Positions 19,392 through 28,660 of a stretch of DNA of 64,000 nucleotides are shown piece by piece; within the stretch, counting starts at the first letter, position 1; every line of letters starts with the position of its first letter. This DNA comes from Candidatus Bathyarchaeia archaeon (GTDB lineage: Archaea > Thermoproteota > Bathyarchaeia > Bathyarchaeales > Bathycorpusculaceae). The position numbers were made by a program, and so were the translations under genes. The stretch is from positions 1 through 64,000 of the forward strand of contig JBEKWR010000011.1 in assembly GCA_049512935.1 (NCBI GenBank), written 5' to 3'. Below the pieces are notes generated by a model. It had not been told where the DNA came from. It made no database searches and worked only from the letters and a program-made list of their open reading frames with translations.

Positions 19392-20869
19392 ACCGCCTCA
19401 ACTTCAACTTCTTTCTCCGCTTTCTGCGCTTTGATTAATCGGACTTCCTCAAGGATTCTCTTTAGGAGCTCCTCGTCGTTGAGGATTCCCGGCGGTGGCT
19501 CCACAACTTTCCGTAACATTATTGGCACGTGATCCATGCGGTAAGCTGAGCCCTCGTATTCTATTCCACACCACTGTGTTGGAAACACCACGTCGCCAAG
19601 CCGTGAGATAGCGTTCATGTCAGGGTTAATCGTGATTAACGGGTGCTTCAGCATATTTTGCATGGCTACCTTCGGAAAGTTCGCACCTGGATCTGACGAA
19701 ATAACCAGTGTTGCGTCGTTGTCGCCGCGTCTTAACAGGTCGATGGCTGTGAATTCCCCTGGATTGTATTGTGGGTACCCTTGTGAAAAGTCAATAGCAT
19801 AGGGGTAACCTGTTGACCACGCGAAAACCACGTTTGCGCCTGTAACATTGAAGTGCCCCCGCATAGGCGAGATTACAAATTTGGTTTTTCTGTTAAGGTC
19901 CCGCGTTAACGCAATTGCTATTTCGATGTTTCTGAACCTGCCAGCGCTTTGAGTTAAGCCAAGACCGAAGAAAATGACTCCGAAGTCGCAGTTCACCATT
20001 GCGTCGGTCACTTCTTTGAGGTATTCGACAGGGACACCGCCAACTTGGTCAACGTCGAGTTCTTGATCAACTACTAAACATCTCATGGCGTCAAGTATTT
20101 CATAGTCTTTGTTTGGTTGAACTTGAATGAAGTAGTCAGCTGCCTCGGCAGTCATGGTTTTTCTTACGTCGACAACGATCAGTTTACGCCCCAGCTTCTG
20201 CATAGCCTGTGGCGGTGCACCTACAGTGCATGCTTGTGGAGCAATTGGAGGTTTATAGCCCTCTAATATTCGTCGCGAGACTGCTTCTAATTTTTTCTTG
20301 CTTTGGGTACCTTTTAGTTTTTCCAGGTAACTTTTCCATTCGCTGTCTTCGAAGCGTCCGTCAGTGAAACTGGTGTATCTTTCAAGATGTCTTGGATGTG
20401 AAGACCATGGGTCGCATGCCCAGTAAACTATTAGGTCTGCACGATGTCTGATTTGACCAAGAGTGCATGAGGGGATACCGATTTCCTGTGTTGCCATAAC
20501 CGATGGTCCGTGGCAAACGCTGCAACAGTTATCTAAGGCTGAGCCTAATTCTTCGGCTAATTGGACGCCGATGCGCTGCGCTTCGCAGGTTGAACTGCTC
20601 CAACCGAACAGCAACGGGTACTTTGCGTCTGTGAGAATTTGGGCTGCTTTGTGTACCGCTTCATCCATTGACACGGGAACTAACTTGCCGTCTTTTCGTA
20701 TCAGGGGTTTTAGAATTCGCTCGTCGCTCTTGTACCCGTGGACCATTTTAGCTTCACATTGGGCGCAGCCGTTCTTCATTTTGACGATTTCGTTGTTTTC
20801 CACTGTTACTTCCAGGTCATCACATAGGCAACCGCATATTGGGCAAACAACTGATTTTATTTCTGTCAT
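19382..20869 (-). CDS. fwdB: Formylmethanofuran dehydrogenase subunit B (Mo/W-bisPGD)
   Basis: CPICGCLCDD, SVCHGP and PMRGHFNVTG motifs. Confidence 0.95.
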   Translation of the reverse strand: MTEIKSVVCPICGCLCDDLEVTVENNEIVKMKNGCAQCEAKMVHGYKSDERILKPLIRKDGKLVPVSMDEAVHKAAQILTDAKYPLLFGWSSSTCEAQRIGVQLAEELGSALDNCCSVCHGPSVMATQEIGIPSCTLGQIRHRADLIVYWACDPWSSHPRHLERYTSFTDGRFEDSEWKSYLEKLKGTQSKKKLEAVSRRILEGYKPPIAPQACTVGAPPQAMQKLGRKLIVVDVRKTMTAEAADYFIQVQPNKDYEILDAMRCLVVDQELDVDQVGGVPVEYLKEVTDAMVNCDFGVIFFGLGLTQSAGRFRNIEIAIALTRDLNRKTKFVISPMRGHFNVTGANVVFAWSTGYPYAIDFSQGYPQYNPGEFTAIDLLRRGDNDATLVISSDPGANFPKVAMQNMLKHPLITINPDMNAISRLGDVVFPTQWCGIEYEGSAYRMDHVPIMLRKVVEPPPGILNDEELLKRILEEVRLIKAQKAEKEVEVEAVCK

Positions 20870-20874
20870 GACAA

Positions 20875-21276
20875 TTACCTTCCATACTCCAGTTTTAAAA
20901 GTTCATCCAAGGTCAAGACAGGCTCGTCGGGGGCGGGTTCAACGTCAACCATGAAGCCTTTGTACAGGGGCATGCCCATGCCGAAGGTTTCATCTCCGCA
21001 TACGGCGTTCGCCCACAAACCGCAAGGGATGAAGACCAAGCCAGGGTTGCAGCCGTAGGGGTTCTTAGCTGCTTTAACGATGACTGAACCGTACTTTGAA
21101 GTGACTTTAACGTTTGTGTGGCTTTTTATGCCTAGTTTTTTCATGTCAGCTTCATCAATAATGCAGATTGAGGAGCTATCAGAGTATTCTTTGGAGCCTT
21201 TCCCCATCTCTTTCCCCACGCCTTGATCGATCGTTCTACCTGTAATCAGAATAACGCGCAGTTTCTGCTCTACCAT
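20875..21276 (-). CDS. fwdD: Formylmethanofuran dehydrogenase subunit D
   Basis: LITGRTIDQG, FIPCGLWAN and GMPLYKG motifs. Confidence 0.93.
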   Translation of the reverse strand: MVEQKLRVILITGRTIDQGVGKEMGKGSKEYSDSSSICIIDEADMKKLGIKSHTNVKVTSKYGSVIVKAAKNPYGCNPGLVFIPCGLWANAVCGDETFGMGMPLYKGFMVDVEPAPDEPVLTLDELLKLEYGR

Positions 21277-21592
21277 GCCTAAGACCTACCCAATAGAAAT
21301 TTATAGAGTTATATTTAAAATTAAGTTAAATAAAAGTGTAAAATCCACCTGTAACTCGGCAGATGACATCAATTTAATCAATCCCTGAGCCGCTTAGATT
21401 CTCCTGAAGGAAAGTTTTCCTCAAAATTTAGCAGAAATATGCCGTTTTGCGACGGGTTCTGGTTTGTCAAGGTTTCTGGACTAAACCCCAGTCAAGGTTT
21501 GTTGACAAAAACCTATTTATGAAAACCTAGCTGAGAGATAGGCTGACTGCGAGTCTGACATTGAAAGTTGGAAGCCTCTGAGAGCGATTAAA

Positions 21593-22873
21593 GTGTTCGG
21601 CATAAAGAAAGCCTTCGTTATCTTCATCGTGTGCCTGATGATCATAGGTATGTTTCTCGACCAACCCGTAAAGGCCCAAGCCCAAATCAACATAACAATC
21701 AGCCCAAACGGGAGCCTAAGTCCGTTGACAGCGCCGGTAAAGCAAACAGGTGACATTTACGAGCTGACAAGAAATTTGGAGGGAACCATAACAATAGAAA
21801 GAAACAACACGGTCCTCAATGGAAACGGATATGACGTTTACGGGGAATGCGAGGTTAACGACTTTAACTACGTTTTCGTTACTCCCCCAGTGGGCTCCTC
21901 GATTATTTCAAACGTAACCATTGAGAACTTGACGGTTTTCGGGAGCTACACGGGGTGCCTGATTGGCATTGAATTAAGCGATGCCGCGCATTCGAAAGTT
22001 ATCAACGACACTGTTGCTGGAGTTACGAGCCTGCTTGCAATGAACGGTGAGTTCTATTGTGGAGTCGACGTCGAGGGCGGAGGCTCAAACGTCATATCTG
22101 GGAACACCTTGCTGAATGATCTCACTGGCACCTCGTTCTCTGAAACTCAACACAACCTTGTTGTCGACAACATCATTCTGGATAACGCAAGCAGTGGGGG
22201 CCTTGGCAGTTGCTGTATTTCATTCTGGAATGCCTCTAACAACATGATATACCATAACGACTTTATCGACAACATCACATATGGCGTGCAGGCTTGCGAC
22301 GGCGCTTGGCCTGGTCTTGGAAGCCCCGATTCAAACAACACATGGGATGACGGTTACCCTAACGGCGGGAACTATTGGGGCGACTACTGGAAGCAGAACC
22401 CCGACGCTGGCGAAGTGTACAATTCGGGAATCCTCAACATGCCCTACGTCATCGACCCGAAGAACAAGGATTTGTACCCTCTCCAAAACCCGTTTAACGC
22501 GACCCTGTACGCGCTGGAGACGGTTCCGCCGAAAATATCCATCCTGTCACCGCTAAGCATGGCGTACAAGGAATCCACCGTGGCTTTGGTTTTCACCGTG
22601 GATAAAGCCGCCACGCGGATGGGTTACAGCTTGGATGGAAAGCAAACCGTACCCGTAACTGGCAACGTCACCGTAGCCAACATGACGAACGGGTTGCACA
22701 GCCTTACGGTTTACGCTAACGACACGTTCGGCGACATCGGCTCCGCAACCGTCAACTTCACCATTGCGAAGCCAGTGTCCTTCCCGACCGTGCCCGTCGC
22801 CGCCGCTTCAGCCGCATCGGCAATCGCCATCATCGTAGGCTTAGCCTTTTACTTCAAAAAACGCCGTCGCTAA
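21593..22873 (+). CDS. NosD-like beta-helix surface protein with Ig domain and C-terminal anchor
   Basis: Signal peptide, NNMIYHNDF, GGNYWGDY, GLHSLTVYANDT and YFKKRRR tail. Confidence 0.8.
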   Translation: MFGIKKAFVIFIVCLMIIGMFLDQPVKAQAQINITISPNGSLSPLTAPVKQTGDIYELTRNLEGTITIERNNTVLNGNGYDVYGECEVNDFNYVFVTPPVGSSIISNVTIENLTVFGSYTGCLIGIELSDAAHSKVINDTVAGVTSLLAMNGEFYCGVDVEGGGSNVISGNTLLNDLTGTSFSETQHNLVVDNIILDNASSGGLGSCCISFWNASNNMIYHNDFIDNITYGVQACDGAWPGLGSPDSNNTWDDGYPNGGNYWGDYWKQNPDAGEVYNSGILNMPYVIDPKNKDLYPLQNPFNATLYALETVPPKISILSPLSMAYKESTVALVFTVDKAATRMGYSLDGKQTVPVTGNVTVANMTNGLHSLTVYANDTFGDIGSATVNFTIAKPVSFPTVPVAAASAASAIAIIVGLAFYFKKRRR

Positions 22874-23015
22874 GGCTTGCCTGTTTGGCATTTCGAGATG
22901 CGCCTATCTGGATCATCTGGAAAACTGGTAGGGTAGAAGGGACGGAAATGTTTTTGTTGGGTTCGTCGGTACTTTACTAAGTAAAGTTATTAAGCTTAAT
23001 GCAGCCATATGATTA

Positions 23016-23663
23016 ATGAAGCTGGTTTCAATGGATTTGGTTTCTCTAACGCCCCAGGGTCGAATCCTGCTGACTCTGGCTCATGGGCAGCACACGTATG
23101 CAGAGCTGAAGGCTGAGTCTGGGCTCAGCGACAGATGGCTAACCATAAAGCTTCAGGAACTTGTTGCTGACGGCTCCGTTGCGAAAGATGGAAGATGGTA
23201 CAGGGTATGCGAAGGAGCGAAAGTTTCAGCTTACGAGTTAAGTCTTTTCATGCGGGGTCAGGCGCAGCGAGTTGCTGCTGAGCTTGGAAAGCTGCCGCTG
23301 GTGGAGCTCGTTGTGCTTTTCGGGAGTGTAGCTCAACGGAAGGCGGAGCAATACAGCGACATTGACCTTCTAATAGTCGCGGCTGACACTGGTGAAAAAT
23401 CACGCGGGATGATTGTGAATGAATTAAGGCGGCTTGAATCAACCTTTCATTTTGCAATCGAATCCCTGATATTGTCAGAGCAAGATTTCGCCAAAAACTT
23501 ACGGACGGCAGAGGGAGGAATCATTTTTGGTTTAGCTGAGGGCTTCGAGGTTTTGCTGGATCGAAAAGCCAACTTAAGTGATATGCTGCAAAGTCGGGTG
23601 CAGGAGATATTGAGCAGTTTCACTCGCCTAGACGAGGAAGCAATATGGTTGAAAGCAAAGTAA
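23016..23663 (+). CDS. wHTH-fused minimal nucleotidyltransferase (MNT antitoxin)
   Basis: LFGSVAQ...SDIDLL motif with an N-terminal HTH. Confidence 0.85.
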   Translation: MKLVSMDLVSLTPQGRILLTLAHGQHTYAELKAESGLSDRWLTIKLQELVADGSVAKDGRWYRVCEGAKVSAYELSLFMRGQAQRVAAELGKLPLVELVVLFGSVAQRKAEQYSDIDLLIVAADTGEKSRGMIVNELRRLESTFHFAIESLILSEQDFAKNLRTAEGGIIFGLAEGFEVLLDRKANLSDMLQSRVQEILSSFTRLDEEAIWLKAK

Positions 23664-24076
23664 GCGTTCTGATGAGAATTTCGGAAGCTAACCTGGCAAA
23701 GGCTGAGAAGCGCTTCAAGGATTCAGAGTTTGACTCGGCCGTTTTTCATGCGTCGATGGCGGTTGAGACGGCGGCTAACGCGATGATTCTCCGCTTAGGC
23801 GGCAGTGAAGCAAGAGACCATCGGGCGATAAGTGGGTTGGCGGCGGTTTTGAGGCGGGTGAAACCTGAGTTGCTTCAAAAGTTTGAGTTCAGGCAGTTGA
23901 TTGAGAAAGGGTCAGACATTCAACGGGAAGTCGTCTACACTCGTTACCCGATAAGTACGGGCGGCAAATGGGTTACCCCCATGGAGTACTACAGCCGTGA
24001 GAAGGCTAAGGCGGTGCTCGAGAACGCTAAACTTGTTTGCGGCATCATCGAGAAGTACCTTGAAGAAAACAATTAA
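23645..24076 (+). CDS. HEPN-domain protein (MNT-HEPN pair)
   Basis: AVFHASMAVE and YTRYP motifs; overlaps the MNT gene. Confidence 0.85.
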   Translation: MVESKVSVLMRISEANLAKAEKRFKDSEFDSAVFHASMAVETAANAMILRLGGSEARDHRAISGLAAVLRRVKPELLQKFEFRQLIEKGSDIQREVVYTRYPISTGGKWVTPMEYYSREKAKAVLENAKLVCGIIEKYLEENN

Positions 24077-24239
24077 TCAATTTGTCTCGGGGTATTCCTT
24101 CGAAAATGCGAGGAGAAAAATGGGAAAAGAAACCAAAAGCTTAACCTACAGGACAAAACAGCACAATCAATTAATGGTTAGCTTAGTTTTTCATCGCACA
24201 TGGGACAGTGAATAGGAAGCTTCTTTTGCAGATGCAGCA

Positions 24240-24548
24240 CTAAATCCAAAGTGACGGCTTTTGACGGGCATCTGTTACATCGGGTTCCATTATGTCGGCA
24301 GCTCGCTGTAAGACCTGCTTGGTTAGATCCATGCAAATAGTCGGCGCTTTCAGGTGAACCGCTGCCACGTCGCCCTTTGGCTGCGTTCTGTGCGTGCTTA
24401 CGTGATGGTTGATTTCTTCGATCATTTCTCCCAAAGTTGGAACCATAGGGATTTTTTCGCCGCACTCCGGGCACCTTATGTATTTGATTTGGGTTTGTTC
24501 GTTCCCGTTTTCTTTGGTTGCTGGGTTATTTTCTGAGTTAGTTATCAT
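24240..24548 (-). CDS. Small zinc-finger-like protein
   Basis: IRCPECGE...HVSTH; likely start MITNS at 24548. Confidence 0.6.
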   Translation of the reverse strand: MITNSENNPATKENGNEQTQIKYIRCPECGEKIPMVPTLGEMIEEINHHVSTHRTQPKGDVAAVHLKAPTICMDLTKQVLQRAADIMEPDVTDARQKPSLWI

Positions 24549-24802
24549 GGGCAGACGCCTTGCACGTAAAGGGGCTGAATCGGGGTTTAAGCGCTTATAA
24601 TATGCGGGTATAGTTGCGAAGACTATCTTGGCTGCTTTTTCCAAATTTGAGTTCCTTGCGCTCGCACTTATTTGTGCATCTTGCGGCTGGGATTACCCGG
24701 ATTTGCATGTTTCATGCCTAAAAAATTAACGGCTAATCTGGATGCAGATAGCTGAATTGGAGGCAGAACAGAGAAATGGACTCGAATGAAGGCCTAACGA
24801 GC

Positions 24803-25090
24803 CTAAGTAGTCCCGAATTGCTCCAGTACTTGCCGTCCAAAATCCGTGATTTCCACTGCGTAAAACTTGTAAGGCGCCAAATTCTTCAAGGCGTCAGGTA
24901 TATTCACCAGCAAAGACTTTGCCAGACTCCTAACGGCTTCATTTATCTCATCTGGAAGTAACCCTGTTTTTTTGTGAATTAATTCGCCTTTCACCAGTTC
25001 ACCCTTATCAAATTCCGCCAAGGCTTCCAGAACTTTTTTGGCTTCCATATCAATCATGTTGAAATCTTCAAGGTCAAAATTTTCAGACAT
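24803..25090 (-). CDS. Winged-helix hypothetical protein
   Basis: IHKKTGLLPDEINEAVRSL...ITDFGRQVL. Confidence 0.6.
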   Translation of the reverse strand: MSENFDLEDFNMIDMEAKKVLEALAEFDKGELVKGELIHKKTGLLPDEINEAVRSLAKSLLVNIPDALKNLAPYKFYAVEITDFGRQVLEQFGTT

Positions 25091-25264
25091 TTGAAAAACC
25101 CTGTTTAAACTTATGCATTATCCCTTAAAAACTCTTTGAAAAGCTCTGGGTAGCCAGATTAGGTCTACATTAATTTTTCACGGCACATCGGGCATTTAAG
25201 CGGGAGGCTCTTTTGCAGGTGGTTTTGTTCAACCATGCATGCGAAGCAAACTAGCAGGTAAGCG

Positions 25265-25552
25265 CTAAGAAGGGTTCTGTTTCGTTTCTTTGCTTGTTAG
25301 CAGTTTTATTATGAAGCAAGCATTTACTATCAAAAAGAAGACAAAGACGTAGAATGGGAAGTTAGCAATTGACATTGCAATTGGTACAATAACTTGACCT
25401 GTCGGTGCTGGTGCAATGGCAATGTTGGTAAGACTGTAGCTGTTTACTACTGAGCCGTTGATTTCTGAGAGCATCAATTGGCTGGAAAGATAAAGAAGCA
25501 AACCCATAATGACATTGACACCGACAATGATAGCCGTAAATCTTTTTGTCAT
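25265..25552 (-). CDS. Small two-TM membrane protein (cassette)
   Basis: Two hydrophobic segments; motif copy 24 bp upstream. Confidence 0.7.
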   Translation of the reverse strand: MTKRFTAIIVGVNVIMGLLLYLSSQLMLSEINGSVVNSYSLTNIAIAPAPTGQVIVPIAMSIANFPFYVFVFFLIVNACFIIKLLTSKETKQNPS

Positions 25553-25558
25553 GTTAGT

Positions 25559-25660
25559 CTATCTCTAACGCTTTTCAGATTTAAGACTTATCTACCCTCT
25601 AATAGCGAAATTCCTAACCCTCGAATGTATTCGGTCATAGCCCTAACCGTTTAATGTACT
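25559..25660. repeat. Cassette motif copy 1 plus extended module B
   Basis: ctatctctaacgcttttCAGATTTAAGACTT followed by ...cctaaccctcgaatgtattcggtcatagccctaaccgtttaatgta. Confidence 0.85.
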
Positions 25661-25683
25661 TTGCAGAATAGAAAGAACAGTGA

Positions 25684-26265
25684 TTATGGGGAATTTGTCC
25701 ATACTGGCGTTACAGTCCAGTTGGCGAGGACGCCTTCATGGTAGATATCTAGGTTAACAGTTGCGCATTGTCCAGCTGTTAAATTTCCAAGTTGTGTTGG
25801 ACCAATGTCATATCCTATGTCTGAAACAATCGCAGCGTCAGTTCCATAATTGTAACCGTTAACTAAAGGAACAGTCATGTTTATTGCTATGTGTCCCGAG
25901 GTGGCGTAGGCGATGACTTTTAATCCTGCGTTGTACGCTGTCATGTTTCCCACGTTAACTGCTGAACCTTGAATGAAAAGTCTCCAATAATCAGCACCGT
26001 ATGCATCAATCGAGTTCCCAACACCTATTTGAGCCACACCTAATTGAGCCGTGATTTTTGGGTTGGTTAATAGTGAGATTTGATTGTTCAAATTAGCTAT
26101 CTCTGTATTTTGATTTGCTATTTGATTGTTCAGAGAAGCTATCTTAGAATTTTCTTGTTTGACTACACCGTTATAATAAACTATTGTTCCAGCAAGTGCA
26201 CTTGCAAAGAGTATAGCAATAACTGTGGCGGACACCACTTTAATTTTGCTAACCATACTTGCCAA
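25684..26265 (-). CDS. Membrane-anchored coiled-coil secreted protein (cassette)
   Basis: N-terminal TM, IASLNNQI/IANLNNQI heptads and a beta domain. Confidence 0.75.
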   Translation of the reverse strand: MASMVSKIKVVSATVIAILFASALAGTIVYYNGVVKQENSKIASLNNQIANQNTEIANLNNQISLLTNPKITAQLGVAQIGVGNSIDAYGADYWRLFIQGSAVNVGNMTAYNAGLKVIAYATSGHIAINMTVPLVNGYNYGTDAAIVSDIGYDIGPTQLGNLTAGQCATVNLDIYHEGVLANWTVTPVWTNSP

Positions 26266-26356
26266 TAAAATGTTTTTTCAATAAAAGCGTATTCGTCAAG
26301 ATTCCTTGACTAAAAGCGTAACCCATCAAGTCAAAGTTTCTTGACTAAGAATTAGT

Positions 26357-26593
26357 CTATTTCTGCGCTTTCAGATTTGCGATGTTTGCATCATGCCTTT
26401 TGATTTCTTGGTGCTCATGGTATCCTGCTATGGATGCTATAATCATTCCTGCAAACCAAATAATTATAATAAAGGGGCTGATGACGCCCGGTGGGTTAAT
26501 ATAAAAAATATAGTACAAAGAAGAAAAAAACAAAATTAGCCATACTACACCACAGATTATTAGAATTTTATTCCATTTTGTTATCTTTAACAC
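26357..26593 (-). CDS. Small two-TM protein (cassette)
   Basis: Two TM helices; motif core at 26622. Confidence 0.65.
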   Translation of the reverse strand: MLKITKWNKILIICGVVWLILFFSSLYYIFYINPPGVISPFIIIIWFAGMIIASIAGYHEHQEIKRHDANIANLKAQK

Positions 26594-26606
26594 CTTACCA
26601 GTTTCT

Positions 26607-26635
26607 TTATTCTACGCCATGCAGATTTAAGACTT
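26607..26635. repeat. Cassette motif copy 2
   Basis: ttattctacgccatgCAGATTTAAGACTT. Confidence 0.85.
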
Positions 26636-26666
26636 GCTTTCTTGAATAGTGCAAAAAAACAAATCA

Positions 26667-27068
26667 TTAGGGGCTTGAGATTGGACCACCGTCAAATACT
26701 ACATATATTGCTTGGCGTGCTACATCGTACGAAACTATTGTAACGTATTCAGAAGTAATGAATTCATAATCTAAGTAATTAGTTGTATTACCATTAGGAT
26801 TTAATTGCCAATCGTCCTCTGCAGGTTCAGAAGTCCAGCCAACATATTGAGATTTTGGCTTAAAAACAGCTGTTAACACAAGGTGAGTAGTGCGAGGCGC
26901 TTCTGTGTATGTGAATCCAGCAAAGTAAAACCCAGTGTTACCCACTTTTTCGCCCTTATAAATAAGAGTTAATGATTTTGTTTGGTCAAAGCCCCAAACA
27001 ATAAGTGCCGTTACAGTGACCAATACAACAACAATTTCCGCTATTTCATAATACTTGGATTTTTTCAT
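26667..27068 (-). CDS. Membrane-anchored hypothetical protein (cassette)
   Basis: N-terminal TM; motif core at 27101. Confidence 0.7.
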   Translation of the reverse strand: MKKSKYYEIAEIVVVLVTVTALIVWGFDQTKSLTLIYKGEKVGNTGFYFAGFTYTEAPRTTHLVLTAVFKPKSQYVGWTSEPAEDDWQLNPNGNTTNYLDYEFITSEYVTIVSYDVARQAIYVVFDGGPISSP

Positions 27069-27084
27069 TCTATCTCTGATATTT

Positions 27085-27114
27085 CTATTTCTACGCTATG
27101 CAGATTTAAGATTT
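27085..27114. repeat. Cassette motif copy 3 (contains the stop codon of 27106..27309)
   Basis: ctatttctacgctatgCAGATTTAAGATTT. Confidence 0.85.
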
Positions 27115-27309
27115 TTTTGAGCCAAAAAATACCGTGAGACCGCCAGCAACCAGAAAAGCAATCGCGAGGGTAGCCACTATTAAAGAACCATAAAAGTTAG
27201 AAGACATGTTTCCAGTAGTCTTATACATCAATTCCCTTCCAGCAAAGTATGCAATAATGAGACCGTCAATTAACAACAATATTCCGAGACCGATAAGTGT
27301 TGATTTCAT
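27106..27309 (-). CDS. Small two-TM protein ending FGSKKS (cassette)
   Basis: Two TM helices; TAA stop lies inside the motif. Confidence 0.65.
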   Translation of the reverse strand: MKSTLIGLGILLLIDGLIIAYFAGRELMYKTTGNMSSNFYGSLIVATLAIAFLVAGGLTVFFGSKKS

Positions 27310-27322
27310 TTCGGCTCAATTT

Positions 27323-27440
27323 CCATTTATACGCCATGCAGATTTAAGACTTGTCATCAATGAAGACTTGCTAAAAACTAATGAGCATATCCTTAACCCT
27401 TGAATGCACTCGGTAATAGTACTGATCGTTTGATCTACTA
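27323..27440. repeat. Cassette motif copy 4 plus module B
   Basis: ccatttatacgccatgCAGATTTAAGACTT...ccttaacccttgaatgcactcggtaatagtactgatcgtttgatcta. Confidence 0.8.
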
Positions 27441-27451
27441 CGGAGACATGG

Positions 27452-27784
27452 TTATTCTAATTTGTGTAACTTAGCCCTTGCTCTTAACAACATTACTGTA
27501 CATAACAACAAAGAAATTATTGCAAATACACCAATAAGAGTCGTTGCGTACAAAAAGATTGCTTTGAGTGCGAGGTTATCTGTAGAAAAGTATTCTTCAT
27601 AATTTACAGTGAATAAAGCTGCAAAAAAAGCAAGACTGCCAAAGAGAAATGTTCCCCATAACTGAATATCAGCTTGAAGTTTAGCAAGGTCAATTTGTAA
27701 TTTTCTCTCGATATCTATTTCATCATCTTTTTCTTCATGCTCTATAGAAAACAACCCAAGAATACTGATTTTTATCTTGGACAC
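27452..27784 (-). CDS. Two-TM membrane protein (cassette)
   Basis: Two TM helices; motif core at 27816. Confidence 0.65.
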   Translation of the reverse strand: MSKIKISILGLFSIEHEEKDDEIDIERKLQIDLAKLQADIQLWGTFLFGSLAFFAALFTVNYEEYFSTDNLALKAIFLYATTLIGVFAIISLLLCTVMLLRARAKLHKLE

Positions 27785-27799
27785 TTGAATCCCTAAGTT

Positions 27800-27829
27800 C
27801 TATTTCTACGCTTCACTGATTTAAGACTT
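27800..27829. repeat. Cassette motif copy 5 (contains the stop codon of 27821..28033)
   Basis: ctatttctacgcttcaCTGATTTAAGACTT. Confidence 0.85.
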
Positions 27830-28033
27830 TTTAACTCCAAAAATAACCATGAGACCGCCGATTGCGACTATGACAGCGGCTATGATAATATCCCAAAGAT
27901 ACGAGCCTATCGCTGAAAGAATGTTAACTGTGGTCACGGTGTGTTCCATGTGCACACCTGAGAAATAGCCAAAAACTAACCCTATCGCAATCAGCACTAT
28001 TCCAATGCCAGCAACTATTGAACCGTGCCCCAT
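27821..28033 (-). CDS. Small two-TM protein ending FGVKKS (cassette)
   Basis: Two TM helices; TAA stop lies inside the motif. Confidence 0.65.
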   Translation of the reverse strand: MGHGSIVAGIGIVLIAIGLVFGYFSGVHMEHTVTTVNILSAIGSYLWDIIIAAVIVAIGGLMVIFGVKKS

Positions 28034-28038
28034 GACTG

Positions 28039-28110
28039 CTATTTCTACGCTATTCAGATTTAAAACTTATCTACTCTATAATTGTGAAATCCCTAACCCT
28101 TGAATGTACC
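28039..28110. repeat. Cassette motif copy 6 plus partial module B
   Basis: ctatttctacgctattCAGATTTAAAACTTatctactctataattgtgaaatccctaacccttgaatgtac. Confidence 0.85.
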
Positions 28111-28126
28111 CTTAAAATCTATACTA

Positions 28127-28336
28127 TCAGAGATACAATATAACCCAAAGCACAAATCCAATAACGGCGAAAACTAACATACCACCAAAAAACTTTGGAA
28201 GAAAACTGTATCTTGAAATGTCTTTGTTCTTATCGAGTAAAATCTTGAATACTTCTCCAAATAAATCATAAAGTACTTGTGCAAACACAGCAAGCAAAAC
28301 ACCAAATAGTAGCCAGAAGAACTCCGAATTTATCAT
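28127..28336 (-). CDS. Small two-TM protein (cassette)
   Basis: Two TM helices; motif core at 28358. Confidence 0.65.
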   Translation of the reverse strand: MINSEFFWLLFGVLLAVFAQVLYDLFGEVFKILLDKNKDISRYSFLPKFFGGMLVFAVIGFVLWVILYL

Positions 28337-28342
28337 AATAAT

Positions 28343-28371
28343 CTATCTTTGAGCATGCAGATTTAAGACTT
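28343..28371. repeat. Cassette motif copy 7
   Basis: ctatctttgagcatgCAGATTTAAGACTT. Confidence 0.8.
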
Positions 28372-28427
28372 ATCGTGCTTTCAAAACGTCAAAAAATCTT
28401 GGGTATACGGTTAACTTTAATCTGGGT

Positions 28428-28643
28428 TTACCTACGCAAAATGCGAAGAATAATTAAGCCTGCAACGAAAAGCACGATGCCACCGAACATTATGAATACC
28501 ATCATTAAGTATATTGCTCCTCCAGCCCACTGATGAAAACGTAATGGTATATGCAACAATGGAATAGCCCACGTGAATAGTGTGTAGAACCACCAAACGA
28601 TGTATGCCAATGGCAATAAAACCCACACGTGTTTCTTGTTCAT
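28428..28643 (-). CDS. Small two-TM protein (cassette)
   Basis: Likely start MNKKHVW at 28643, 33 bp from the motif core. Confidence 0.65.
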   Translation of the reverse strand: MNKKHVWVLLPLAYIVWWFYTLFTWAIPLLHIPLRFHQWAGGAIYLMMVFIMFGGIVLFVAGLIILRILRR

Positions 28644-28660
28644 TTCTATCTCTGATACTT

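Noticed and set aside
6304-20869. Selenocysteine recoding in SelD or FwdB
   Set aside because: The relevant codons are TGC (Cys), and neither ORF has an in-frame TGA.
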